Under the pieces are notes generated by a model, which ran no database searches, was not told the DNA's origin, and saw only the letters and a list, made by a program, of their open reading frames with translations. From a virus (Duplodnaviria; Caudoviricetes), in the IMG/VR virus record IMGVR_UViG_3300046681_000151, positions 29,471 to 93,470 of that record: DNA of 64,000 nucleotides; one strand, given 5' to 3'. Each line of letters starts with the position of its first letter. Position 1 is the first letter of the stretch. This document shows, piece by piece, positions 39,645 through 49,248 of the stretch. The position numbers and the translations under genes were made by a program.

Positions 39645-40080
39645 CGACGACCTTCAGAACCCGGTCACGGCGAGAAGCCCCACCGCGGGCACCGGCAGAA
39701 CGGCGTACAGCGGGCTCGGCCTCCGGCTCGGCAACCGTCCAACGCAGGCGGATGCGGTCCGCGGCCGTGCCTCCGAGGGATGCCTCGTTCAGGCGGATCT
39801 CCGAGAGCAGATCCTTCCTGGGTTCCTCCCAGTACTGCTGAACCAGCTCGGCCAGCATGTGCAGCCGTTGCCAGTCCGTCATCAGGAACGTCGCCGCCTG
39901 CGGGCTGTTCCGCCACGTCTCGTACCAGGCGAGCGTGCGGCTGTCGTAGTCGTGGCCGCCTGGCAGTTCAGGGGTTGGTCCGTCAGGCCCGTCGGCCGGA
40001 AGGGTCGTCGGTGCTACGAAGTCGGCGTTGCGTCGGCGTCGTTGGCCGGGGTCCTTCGGCAGTGGTCCATTGGCGGGCAT
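39625..40080 (-). CDS. terS: Terminase small subunit
   Basis: GPLPKDP...RRRRN, WYETWRNSPQA...TDW, EIRLNEASLGGT..DR.RL. Confidence 0.82.
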   Translation of the reverse strand: MPANGPLPKDPGQRRRRNADFVAPTTLPADGPDGPTPELPGGHDYDSRTLAWYETWRNSPQAATFLMTDWQRLHMLAELVQQYWEEPRKDLLSEIRLNEASLGGTAADRIRLRWTVAEPEAEPAVRRSAGARGGASRRDRVLKVVDGQADS

Positions 40081-40169
40081 ATCGATCACTCCTCAGTGCC
40101 GTTGCGGCACGCACTCACGCCTGCCGTTGCGGCACGGCGAATGTCACAGAGGGTCACATTCGAAGGTCA

Positions 40170-40270
40170 CGTCAAAGATCGTTTGGATTTGGCGACCCGT
40201 ATGGATTTCGAGGTCCCTCCCCGAAGGTCCGGATTTGTCCGGATCGATACCCCAACCCCCCACCCACAGC
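40170..40270. other. Candidate cos / packaging region
   Basis: Non-coding gap between HNH genes and terS; G-runs on the minus strand; cut site not determinable. Confidence 0.35.
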
Positions 40271-40281
40271 CACGGCTTTGG

Positions 40282-40806
40282 CTACGCTGCGTGGTCCTGC
40301 TTGGAGCTGTTGCAGCCCAGGCAGCAGCAGCGGACGTTGGCCAGGGTGTGCTCGCCGCCCTTCGATAGCGGCACGACATGGTCGACGGTCGGGCTCGTCA
40401 CGTCGAACGGGGAGGCGTCCGGGTCGGTCGACCGCTCGCACCGGTAGCAGACCCAGCCGTCGCGCTCGAAGACCTGGAGTCGGTCGAACCGGTCGATGAC
40501 CGCGGCGCCGGCAAGCTCTGCCCGCTTCGCCGCATCAGTGCTCCAGTCGTAGCTGCCTGTCCGTGCGGCTGCTGGTCCGAACTGCACGATGCGGCGGCAG
40601 GCTATGGAGCAGGTGGGCCGGCGGTCGGCCTTGCGTGGCCGCCGCATCGAGGCGCCGCATGCGGTGCACGTGGTGGGCACGGCAGCGTGCCGGTTGGGTT
40701 GGTACGTGCGGTTGTAGCAGGTGGAGCACAGGCCTCGGGCCCGATGAGGTCGGCCGCATCCGGGCTTGGTACAGGTGGTGATGCGCGCACGCGTTGTGCT
40801 GGTCAT
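40282..40806 (-). CDS. HNH endonuclease with N-terminal Zn fingers
   Basis: ARGLCSTCY; VFERDGWVCYRC...TVDHVVPLSKGGEHTLANVRCCCLGCNSSK. Confidence 0.9.
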   Translation of the reverse strand: MTSTTRARITTCTKPGCGRPHRARGLCSTCYNRTYQPNRHAAVPTTCTACGASMRRPRKADRRPTCSIACRRIVQFGPAAARTGSYDWSTDAAKRAELAGAAVIDRFDRLQVFERDGWVCYRCERSTDPDASPFDVTSPTVDHVVPLSKGGEHTLANVRCCCLGCNSSKQDHAA

Positions 40807-40879
40807 GCCGTCTCCCGGAATGGCGGACGCCCCGGGCCGGGAGGCTCGGGGCGTCCTGTCTGCGGTAGCTGGCCGCAGG
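40807..40879 (-). ncRNA. Structured 5' leader, copy 1 (hairpin + anti-SD pseudoknot)
   Basis: CCTGCGGCCAGCTACCGCAG, then stem GGACGCCCCG/CGGGGCGTCC whose loop CTCCCGG is complementary to the SD CCGGGAG. Confidence 0.6.
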
Positions 40880-40882
40880 GTG

Positions 40883-41272
40883 CTAGGTGAACCAGGGCCC
40901 TTGGTGTTGGGCGGTGGCGCTGCCGTGGCAGTGGGGGCAGAGGCCGCGGCCGTGCTTGGGGTCGTTGGCGTCGAGGCCTTGTGCGACGAGGTCGCGTCGG
41001 TCGATGGGCCAGTGGTCTGCGTGGATGCTGGCGCGGTCGCAGCATTCGCCGGGGATGGTGCACTGGTTGCAGCCGGGGCAGACGCAGATGGGGTCGCGGG
41101 CTAGGACTGCGGGCCGGAACCTGGTCTCGTGTTCGCCGGTGTAGCCGCGCTGTCGTGCGGTGCCTCGCCGTTGTTCAGCTTCGCGACGGTGGTCGTCGCA
41201 GCGTCCGCCCTTGTCACTGAACTCGGGGCAGTCGGGTGTTGAGCAGACGCGCCATCCGGTTCGTCTGGGCAT
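40883..41272 (-). CDS. Terminase-associated HNH endonuclease (HK97 gp74-like)
   Basis: RGTARQRGY...VLARDPIC...ADHWP...GRGLCPHCH. Confidence 0.8.
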   Translation of the reverse strand: MPRRTGWRVCSTPDCPEFSDKGGRCDDHRREAEQRRGTARQRGYTGEHETRFRPAVLARDPICVCPGCNQCTIPGECCDRASIHADHWPIDRRDLVAQGLDANDPKHGRGLCPHCHGSATAQHQGPWFT

Positions 41273-42802
41273 CAGCGCCCGTCCTGCTTCCGCAGCGTCA
41301 CCGCTACAAGGGTCAGGACTGCGCCCACGAGAGCGAAGGTGACGATCCCTGCGGGAGCGGTCGAGTTGCCCAGAGCCCAATCGATGAGAGCGACTACGGC
41401 CACAAGCCAGGAGGCGGCAGCGAGGAACGTGCACACTCGCGTCTCGGTATCCATCGCGCTCCCCCGTCCGCAGTCTGTCCGGCTTGGGGGTTAGTGGTTG
41501 GCCGACGTGAGGTGACTGATCAGGTCAGCGTCAGGCGTTGGCCCGCTGCGCCTCGATGACGTCGAGCACTCGCGCGGCTTCGGGGTCGACGGCGATGGGG
41601 ACTTGGCCGTTGCCTGCCGGGTTCTGGCAGGTGACGAGCATGATGCGGTGGGCGGCGCTGGCGTCGGCGTCTCCGGGGAGTGCGTCGTGGATGCCGGTAA
41701 CGCCGAGCGTGCCGTCGGGTTGGGTGACGACGAAGTGGGCGCGGGTGACGGCTTCGGTGATGTCGACCATGGCGAGGCGTCCGTCTGTCGTGGCGACGTG
41801 GAGGGTGTAGGTGCAGCCTGCCGGGTTGGCGGTCATCGTTCTCCGTAGAACTTGCAGGGGCAGTCGGCTGCGAGGTGGCTCGCTTCGTGGGCTGCGAGGC
41901 TGCATGGGCATTCGTCGTACTGGTGCCAGCAGGTGCAGGCGTGGCTGTTGTGCGCCCACCATGGGTCGCTGCTGACTTCGGGGTACGGGTTGTATCCGCA
42001 CGGCGGCGGCGGCCGGACGTCTACCGGCTTGGGCAGTGTGGCCCGTGGTCCGCGCGGCTGCCGGTTGGGCGCCTTGTGCTTCTTCACGTCGGCTCGTGCC
42101 CGCACCGTTCGCACCGCGCTGGCATGTAGCGCCGCATGGCTTCCCAGAATGCGTGGGCTGCCGCATCGGGCGTGTAGCCGGGCCCGTAGTCGAGTGTGCC
42201 GTCGGGGTGGATGGTGACGAGCGGCGCGTTGTCTGCGCCCGTGATGATGATCGTCTGCGGCTTCGGGGTGAAGTCGAGCAGGTAGGGCGCCTCACTGGTG
42301 ACGAAGCTGTTGTCGATGTCGCTCACGTCGCCTCCGACTGTTCACGTCCGTCGAGGCTGTGATGGACGGCGAGCCAGCGGATCGTCCCGTCTTCCTGCTT
42401 GACGGGCGTATCGGTCGGAACGCAGACGCAGGCGGCGTTGACGCTGGTGTCGTGCGCGACGAGGTCGCCGATGGGTACGACGTGCAGGTCGACCACGTCA
42501 CCCTCCGACTGCCGTTGCTCCGCCTACGTCCGGACCCATTCGCCGTCGCCGTCCTGCACCATGTCGCAGCCGCACCGCGTGCACACGCCTCGCCGTCCGA
42601 CCTGGCCGAGCGCGGTGAGGTCGACGGGCTGATGCGCCGTGCAGTTCGCGACTGCCTTGCGCAACCCGATGACGAGCGCGGCGGCCGTTCCGGGTTCGGG
42701 CTGGATGCCGAGCTCGTCGTGTTCCATCACGGCGATCGCCGTGTAGTTCGGGCGCGGCGGTGGCGCGGGCTGCGGCTCGGGCTTGCGACGTCGGATCCTC
42801 AC
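41272..42802 (-). CDS. Six small late-region hypothetical genes (41272-41454, 41531-41836, 41833-42087, 42084-42326, 42323-42496, 42524-42802)
   Basis: Coupled short ORFs; several Cys/His-rich, one 2-TM. Confidence 0.55.
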
Positions 42803-43611
42803 GGCTTCACCGTCACGTCAGCATCGGGGGCTTCGCTCATGGCCTGCGAGTCGATGCAGTCATGGGGCTTCTCTGCCGTCCACTGCCCCCAGGTTCGGCA
42901 ACCGTCACAGTGGTGCCAGCCGCCTGCGGTGATCTCGCTGTAGTTGTACGGCGTTCCGTCGGGGTGGGTGGGGCGGCCAGCGGATTGCCTAGCGTCGGGG
43001 GTGCCGTTGAGTGCGGCTTCGATGAGGTCGGCGACGGGGTCCCATGTGGGCGTGATGGTGCGGATGCGGGCTACTTCCGCGCGGACGCGAGTGAGCGCTT
43101 CGTCGTACTCTGCGGCCTGCTTGAGGTGTTCGCAGGAGTCGAAGCTGTTGGGCCAGCCTTCGGTGAGCCAGTCGGGTGCGACGCCGTGGTCCGACCATCC
43201 GCAGTGGCGTTGGCCGATCTCGTAGCCGTGCCTGGCCCACATGCGGGCGTCGTTGAGCTGCTCCTGAAGCGCGGCATATTCGCCAGCCAGGGCCTTCAGC
43301 CTGGACTCGGCTTCCGCCGCCCGGTCGGTGGAGTCGGTACTGCTGACGCTGCCGACTTCCATGTCGCCTAGGTAGACGCGCGCGCCCGTCGAGCCCGGAA
43401 GCAGTTCGTTCGCGGGAATGTCGACGGTCTCGGGGGTGACGACGACGCCTCGCGCCCCGATTCGCTGGGCGAGGTCTTGCCAGTAGTCGCGGAACGGGGT
43501 GTCCGGGCCGAGCGCGATCCGTTGGGGCACGGTCTCGTCTACGACGAGCACGAACGGCTGCCGGTCATCTCCGGCGCCGGCGGGGAGTTCGAGGATCTGC
43601 AAGCGGGCCAT
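42799..43611 (-). CDS. Hypothetical mosaic phage protein
   Basis: MARLQILELP...PFVLVVDE; C-terminal THPDGTPY...CDGC. Confidence 0.7.
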   Translation of the reverse strand: MARLQILELPAGAGDDRQPFVLVVDETVPQRIALGPDTPFRDYWQDLAQRIGARGVVVTPETVDIPANELLPGSTGARVYLGDMEVGSVSSTDSTDRAAEAESRLKALAGEYAALQEQLNDARMWARHGYEIGQRHCGWSDHGVAPDWLTEGWPNSFDSCEHLKQAAEYDEALTRVRAEVARIRTITPTWDPVADLIEAALNGTPDARQSAGRPTHPDGTPYNYSEITAGGWHHCDGCRTWGQWTAEKPHDCIDSQAMSEAPDADVTVKP

Positions 43612-43686
43612 GTTCGTCTCCTGGGTGTGCGGAAACCCCGGCGCCAGGAACGCCGGGGTTTCCTTCCTGCGGTAGCTGGCCGCAGG
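43612..43686 (-). ncRNA. Structured 5' leader, copy 2
   Basis: Same first hairpin; stem GGAAACCCCGGCG/CGCCGGGGTTTCC with loop TTCCTGG complementary to the SD CCAGGAG. Confidence 0.6.
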
Positions 43687-43708
43687 CGTGATGGGGGGGT
43701 GCCGTCTG

Positions 43709-43993
43709 CTACTCGACGCGCTCGGGCCAGTGCCAGGTGCCGCCCGGGTGGTTGGGTGCGCCGCCGCCGGGGGTCTGGTCGTGGGTCTCTGCCGCTTCGT
43801 GATGCACGCATCCGCGGTTGAAGAAGAAACCTGTGGGGTTCAGGACGGCTAGGCCTACGATCTCCTGGCCCTCGCCCTTCGACTCCGGCGAGATCTCCGT
43901 GACGATGGCGGCGCGGCACTCCTTGCTGTACTCACCGCCCGGGGTCCCGTAACTCACGTAGTGGACGACGCGTCCGACGCTCGGGGTAGCCAC
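43709..43993 (-). CDS. Conserved phage protein
   Basis: PSVGRVVHYV...RAAIVT...GTWHWPER. Confidence 0.75.
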   Translation of the reverse strand: MATPSVGRVVHYVSYGTPGGEYSKECRAAIVTEISPESKGEGQEIVGLAVLNPTGFFFNRGCVHHEAAETHDQTPGGGAPNHPGGTWHWPERVE

Positions 43994-44008
43994 GGTTCTG
44001 GTCTCCGT

Positions 44009-44308
44009 TCAGGTGATGCTGAGGTAGCCGGACTGGCGGACGATGTTTTCGCTGCCGGGCGGGTCGAAGCTGACGTAGACCCGGTAGTCGCCGACGGCCA
44101 GAGCGACCGCCCCGCCGTCGGGTCCGACGAGGAGTAGCGCTTCCGGTCCGGCGCCCCACGTCCCGGTCATCCAGTCGCCAACTGTTGGGTTGGCCCGGTT
44201 GCTCACAGGCAGAATCGCCAGCTTCGGCAGGGTGCCGGTGACGTCGACTCCGACCGGCGGGGTAACGGGGACGTGAATGAACTCGGTGGTGGTGGCGGGG
44301 AGTTGCAT
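44009..44308 (-). CDS. Small beta-rich structural protein
   Basis: LLVGPDGG...GDYRVYV; follows the repeat protein. Confidence 0.65.
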   Translation of the reverse strand: MQLPATTTEFIHVPVTPPVGVDVTGTLPKLAILPVSNRANPTVGDWMTGTWGAGPEALLLVGPDGGAVALAVGDYRVYVSFDPPGSENIVRQSGYLSIT

Positions 44309-44318
44309 GTCCACCGCC

Positions 44319-45818
44319 TCACTGGGGTTGGCCGACGAGCCACGCTTCGGGCTGCGGTTCGGCCACGGGCCACGCCTGGCGCTGCGGAGCGCCCACGGAC
44401 CACGGGCTGTAGGGGGCGCCGACGGTGACGTCGATGTCGTCGTGGGCGGACTGCACTGTGCCGCTCGCGGTGAGCGTGGCCGTGACGGCGATGCCTGCCG
44501 CGCCTGCGAGCGCCGTGGTGCCTGTCGCGGTGAGCGCTGCGGTCGCGGTGAGGCTGGCTGCCGCAGATGCCGTCCGGATACCGGCTGCGATGAAGGTGGC
44601 CGCTACGTTCAGGGCGGCGTCCCCGGAGACTGGCGCCGCGCCGATGCTTCCGTCGGCCGTGAAGGTGGCTGTGACTGCGAGGGCGGCGGCGGCATTGCGG
44701 GTGACTTGCCCCTGCGCGGACAGGTTCGCTGTGGCGTTGAGGCCAGCGTCAGCCAGGGCGCTGCGGATACCGCTGGCGGCGAGGGCGGCGGTGACTGTGA
44801 GGCCCGCGTCGGCAATAGCGGTGCGTTGCCCGTCCGCTGTGAACGATGCGGTGGCGGAGAGGGCGGTATCGCCGGCCGTCGTCCGCTGCCCGGCGGCGGT
44901 CAGGGTTGCCGTCGCTGCAAGGGCGGCGTCGCCGCTGGTGGTTACGGCGCCACTCGCGGTCAAGGTTGCTGTTGTGGTGAGGGCCGCGCCGGTGGATGTT
45001 GTGCGGGTGCCGCTGGCGCTGAGGCTGGCCGTGGCGGTCAGTCCGCTGTCGCCACTGGTGGTGCGCACCCCGGACGCGGTGAGGCTGGCCGTGGCCGCGA
45101 GTGCCGCATCGCCTGCCGTGGTGCGGATTCCCGACGCGGCCAGGGTGGCGGTCGTGTTGAGTGCTGCTCCGCCGGTTGTGGACCGCATGCCTGCCGCGGT
45201 GAAGGCTGCGGTGGAGGCGAGGGCCGCGTCACCGCTGGTGGAGCGAGTGCCGGTCGCGGAGAGCGTGGCGCTGGCCGCCAGTGCCGCATCACCGGAGACT
45301 CCGGAGGTGGCGTCCGCGCCGGTGAAGTTGTCGAACCTCAGCGAGTTGGAGGATTCGGCGCGGATGCCGACGGTCGTGCCGCTGGTGACGGCGGTGTTGG
45401 TGACGGAGACGCGTTCGACGCCGTTGACGAAGCCCTTGATCGTCGAGCCGATGGCCTGGATCTTGGCGACGTCGCCCGCGACGGCTGCTCCGGCGAAGGA
45501 GCCGAGCGACGTGAATGAGCCGCCCACGTTGGAGAAGAGGTTCCAGCTCGTCCCGTCATTGCGCCACAGGTAGCCCTGCGTGAAGCCCGTGTTGCCGCGG
45601 CAGAACACGCCGTGGCTGAGGGCTGCGGTGGCGGCGATCGTGACCTGTGTCGAGTTGTCGTTGGTGGCCATCGCGCCAGTCGCGCGGATGACGATGGTGC
45701 CGCCTGCGGATCCCGACGAGAGCTGGTTGGAGACGATCGACCAGGTGCCGGACACCGCAGTCCAGTTGGCGCCTGGGCTGCCGTCGGCCCGGTTGAAGTC
45801 GTCGGTGAAGGACGTCAT
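44319..45818 (-). CDS. Putative virion fibre: lectin-like N-domain + ~14 x 20-aa Ala/Thr repeats
   Basis: FTDDFNRADG...RFDNF domain; repeat unit SGDAALAASATLSATGTRST. Confidence 0.7.
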   Translation of the reverse strand: MTSFTDDFNRADGSPGANWTAVSGTWSIVSNQLSSGSAGGTIVIRATGAMATNDNSTQVTIAATAALSHGVFCRGNTGFTQGYLWRNDGTSWNLFSNVGGSFTSLGSFAGAAVAGDVAKIQAIGSTIKGFVNGVERVSVTNTAVTSGTTVGIRAESSNSLRFDNFTGADATSGVSGDAALAASATLSATGTRSTSGDAALASTAAFTAAGMRSTTGGAALNTTATLAASGIRTTAGDAALAATASLTASGVRTTSGDSGLTATASLSASGTRTTSTGAALTTTATLTASGAVTTSGDAALAATATLTAAGQRTTAGDTALSATASFTADGQRTAIADAGLTVTAALAASGIRSALADAGLNATANLSAQGQVTRNAAAALAVTATFTADGSIGAAPVSGDAALNVAATFIAAGIRTASAAASLTATAALTATGTTALAGAAGIAVTATLTASGTVQSAHDDIDVTVGAPYSPWSVGAPQRQAWPVAEPQPEAWLVGQPQ

Positions 45819-45838
45819 GAGCCCTCCCCGTCAGGGGG

Positions 45839-46237
45839 TCACGCAGCCTGCGGGCTTAGCGAGACGGAATGGCTCGTCAGCGTGAAAGTGTCGGCGGAAG
45901 CCCAAGCCTTACTCGCGGTAAGCGCCACCGAGTACAGGAACGTTCCGCCGGTCACCGCGGTCCACACGGAGATGTCCGTGAGCGTTTCGCTCGTCCCGCC
46001 GTTGGTCCACGCCGGGTTCGTGCCGGTGAGCGCGAGCGCGGAGCCCGCGGACGACGCGGCGTGCGTGAAGATGACGCGGGTCGCGGAGCCAGCGCTGATC
46101 GCCGTCGTGCCGGCCGCCCCGGGGTTGGCGGTGTGGAGCTGCGCGTACTCGGCGGCCACCGGGCCGAAGGCGGCTCCGGCGGCGCGCAGGGTGTTGAGCA
46201 GGTTGGAGACCAGGGTGGTGGAGAGTCCTTCAGCCAT
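45839..46237 (-). CDS. Fibre-associated structural protein
   Basis: QLHTANPG...SVWTAVTGGTFL...ADTFTL. Confidence 0.7.
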   Translation of the reverse strand: MAEGLSTTLVSNLLNTLRAAGAAFGPVAAEYAQLHTANPGAAGTTAISAGSATRVIFTHAASSAGSALALTGTNPAWTNGGTSETLTDISVWTAVTGGTFLYSVALTASKAWASADTFTLTSHSVSLSPQAA

Positions 46238-46572
46238 CGGTCGGTTCCTCGTCTTCCGTGGTGGGCTCGACGGCGTCGGGCTGTTGGGGTGCGGGGGTGA
46301 CTTCGCCGGATGCTTCGACGGTGAGGGCGATGACGTGCTCGTCGGCCACGGCGGTCTCCTTACGGGTGGGCGCCGTGTGGCGCGTCGAGTACCGGCTGGG
46401 GCGCGACGGGCTCGTCGGCGATGCGGGCGACGGGGCCGACCATCCAGGCGAGGACGAACAGCACGGTGATGACGGCCCGCCGCATAGCGCCCCCTGAGGT
46501 CAAGTCCCGCCGCCCGGCGTAGGGGTGGACGGCGGGACGTTCAGGGCTCGGAGTGAGCGGCCAGCCCCGGGC

Positions 46573-46944
46573 TCAGGTGCCGCTGGCGCCAACCAGGTCG
46601 GCCACTTCCCCTTGGACGGCCTTCACCTGGACTTCGTAGGTGGTGGTGTAGATGCGCCCGTCCGGGTCCGTGTCGTGGCTGACGAACTCGCCGCTTGCTG
46701 CCTTGTCGCTCCGGTCCGCCTCGGCCATGAGGCGCTTGAGGTCGGCGAGCGGCGTCGCCTCGTTGGCGCGCTCGATCGATACGAGGTGGTCGTCGCGCAC
46801 GGTGAAGACGGACTGGTTGTCTGCGTCCTTGAAGGTCGTGAAGCCGTGCTCGGTCCTGTAGTAGGCGGCTTCGATGCGGTTCGCGTTGAGCGTGGGCAGC
46901 GCTCCGGTGTTGACGATGAAGGCGTGCATGGCGGGCTTGGGCAT
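46573..46944 (-). CDS. Hypothetical protein
   Basis: AGGAG RBS; 123 aa. Confidence 0.65.
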   Translation of the reverse strand: MPKPAMHAFIVNTGALPTLNANRIEAAYYRTEHGFTTFKDADNQSVFTVRDDHLVSIERANEATPLADLKRLMAEADRSDKAASGEFVSHDTDPDGRIYTTTYEVQVKAVQGEVADLVGASGT

Positions 46945-47077
46945 GGCGGTTCTCCTGGTGATGGTGATGGTGGTTGTTGTCCGCCCGGCTCCCCGCTGGG
47001 GCCGGGCGGACGTGTAGGCCGAGCGCTGAGCGCTTCAAGGCCCGCCTGCGCCACCGCGCGCAGGAGATAGGGGGGCG

Positions 47078-47359
47078 TCAGGCGGCGTGGGCGTGAGGTC
47101 CGCGACTGTTGGCGGCGGGGTCGGCGGGCTTGAACCTGGCGCCGCCTTCCGCTGCCTGCCGGACCGTGGGGAGGTGGAAGTACTGCCCTGCTTCGCCGTC
47201 GAGGACTGGTTCGATCTTCCCGCGCGTGACCCAGACCCGGATGGTGCCGGGTTTCACGCCTGCCGTGCGTGCGGCTTCCCAGAGATCCCCGATGTCCTTG
47301 CTGCCCGCGAGTTGGGCGAAGTGGATCTCAAGTTGGTCGGGGTTGGGGTAGGCGACCAC
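47078..47359 (-). CDS. MerR-like HTH protein at the start of the late region
   Basis: GGAGG RBS; EAARTAGVKPGTIRVWVTRGKI. Confidence 0.7.
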   Translation of the reverse strand: MVAYPNPDQLEIHFAQLAGSKDIGDLWEAARTAGVKPGTIRVWVTRGKIEPVLDGEAGQYFHLPTVRQAAEGGARFKPADPAANSRGPHAHAA

Positions 47360-47478
47360 GACACCTCCCGCAGGTACGAAAAATCCCCCACCGGCATGTT
47401 CACGGCGGGGGCTCCAGGGGCGTGGTGTGACTCGTGTGCCACGATCAAGCATCACGATTACAGATGGTCGCTTTTCCG

Positions 47479-48456
47479 TCAAGCAGCTTGCCCATCCTCT
47501 CCGTCGCCGAAGAGCGGCCGAATCACATGCAGGTACTCCCAGATCCACACACCAAGCCGCTCGGCTGCCGCGTGATACCCCTCGCGGCGGAGCCACCGGT
47601 TGGCCCGCCAGGTACCTTCGTGGTGGCGTGTGAGCCAGTAGCCGCAGCGTGGCGACATGGCGGGCGGGGCGCCATTCCAGTAGGCGGTGACGTCGTCGAC
47701 GGGCGGCGGCTTGTGGCCCCACGGCGGGGCTGTCATTGCCTCGCCGCCTGGACCACGGCCGTCCCGAGGTACACGACCAGCGCCACGATCACCAGCGGCC
47801 AGACGAGCGCGAAGGCGGCGGCCAGCAGGGCGTGTGAGAGTCCGTGCCCGTTCCTGGGTGCGCCTTTGGTGAGCACCATGTTGACCGCCCACAGTGCGAG
47901 TCCGATGCAGAGGTAGACAGCAGCGCCGAGCTTGGGCAGGTCGGACGCCGTGAAGGCGACCGCGACGACCATGGCGGCGCCGATGAGCCAGGCGGCAGCG
48001 TAGATCCTGAACAGGCCCTGGTTGGGGCTCGCTTCGTTCACGGCGTGTGTCCGTGCTTCTCGTGCGGTTCGACACGGCAGATCGTGCACTGCGGGCAGAT
48101 GCAGTAGCCCGGCTCCCCGCGCGGGATGCGAGGATCAGCGCAACGGACGCAGTGACATACGCACTCAACGTCCATCGCGGGCGGGTGGCCGCACTTGCTG
48201 TTCGCCTGATCGGGGCTGGCGGGGGTCGCCTCGTTCACGTCGTCTGCCCTTCCGTGCCGGGGTCGACCTGATACTCCTCGACGTCATACGCCGGAGCGCC
48301 CCACTGGGTGGCGTTCCCTTCGTGGACGCTGCGGGCGTGCTCGGCGCGTCTGGCTTCAATCCACGCGTCCGCCTTCTGTCGGGTGCTGAACACGCCACGC
48401 ACGACGGGGCCGACGTCGTATCCGGTGTCCTCCGTGACGACGTGCACATCGTTCAC
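47479..48456 (-). CDS. Four small genes (47479-47736, 47733-48041 membrane protein, 48038-48238 Cys-rich, 48235-48456)
   Basis: Coupled ORFs. Confidence 0.55.
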
Positions 48457-48764
48457 GGCGCCCACTCCTTCCCCTTGTGATCCGTATGCCCGGCGAATGG
48501 CTGGGCGAGCAAGCGCAGGGTGTCCTCGGCTCCGCCCAGAGCGCCATAGTGGTCGACCTCCGTGTCGCCCTCTGCGTACTTGAGGGTCGCGTCCATGAGG
48601 TTGACGACCGCGAGCTTGACCTCGATGTCGGCGAGGAGGCGTACCGGGTCGATGGGTGTGCCGTGGTACCGCTCGGAGGTGGTGCCCTTGCCGTTCCAGT
48701 TCGCCCGGACCGCAGTCGCATCCTCGGCGTAGCGGGCGCGGAGGAAATCGGCTATCTGGCTCAT
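48453..48764 (-). CDS. DUF6221-like protein (second copy)
   Basis: MSQIADFLRARYAED...PVRLLADIEVK...LRLLAQPFAGH. Confidence 0.72.
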   Translation of the reverse strand: MSQIADFLRARYAEDATAVRANWNGKGTTSERYHGTPIDPVRLLADIEVKLAVVNLMDATLKYAEGDTEVDHYGALGGAEDTLRLLAQPFAGHTDHKGKEWAP

Positions 48765-49248
48765 GCGGTCGACTCCTGATGCCACTCTTCGAGCATCGCC
48801 TCGATGCGCCTGAGGGTCTGCGCATGGTCCAGGACCACGGTCCCGTCTGGCTGAGTGACGTCCTCCGGAACGCATTTCCCATTGTCAACTCCTGCGGCGA
48901 GGAAGCCGATCGCGTCCTCGATGTCCTCGCAGGGCATTTCGTGGAGCCGGTGGTACTGGTAGTAGCGGGCTACGAAGTTGTCACTCACGTGGTCTCCTCG
49001 CCCAGACGCACCGGACCCGCGCTCTTCTCCGGATCAATCAGAGCGGCGGCGTCATCTCGGCCCCGGTAGTAGTCATCGCCCCAGGCTTCGGATGCCTCAG
49101 GCGCGTTGCGGATCTGCTCGGCGAGTTCGTGGGCGAAGTCGTTGACGAGCCGCTCGGCATCGCGTGAATCGTCTCCGAAGTAGGAGGGGTTGTGCTCTTC
49201 GTTGAGAGTCTCGATCAGTCGCTGCCGGGCCTCATTGCGATTCGTCAC
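48761..49248 (-). CDS. Two small hypothetical genes (48761-48988, 48985-49248)
   Basis: Coupled ORFs. Confidence 0.55.

Noticed and set aside
36663-40499. Long plus-strand ORFs (637 aa, 553 aa)
   Set aside because: Antisense to portal and terminase, which carry clear motifs
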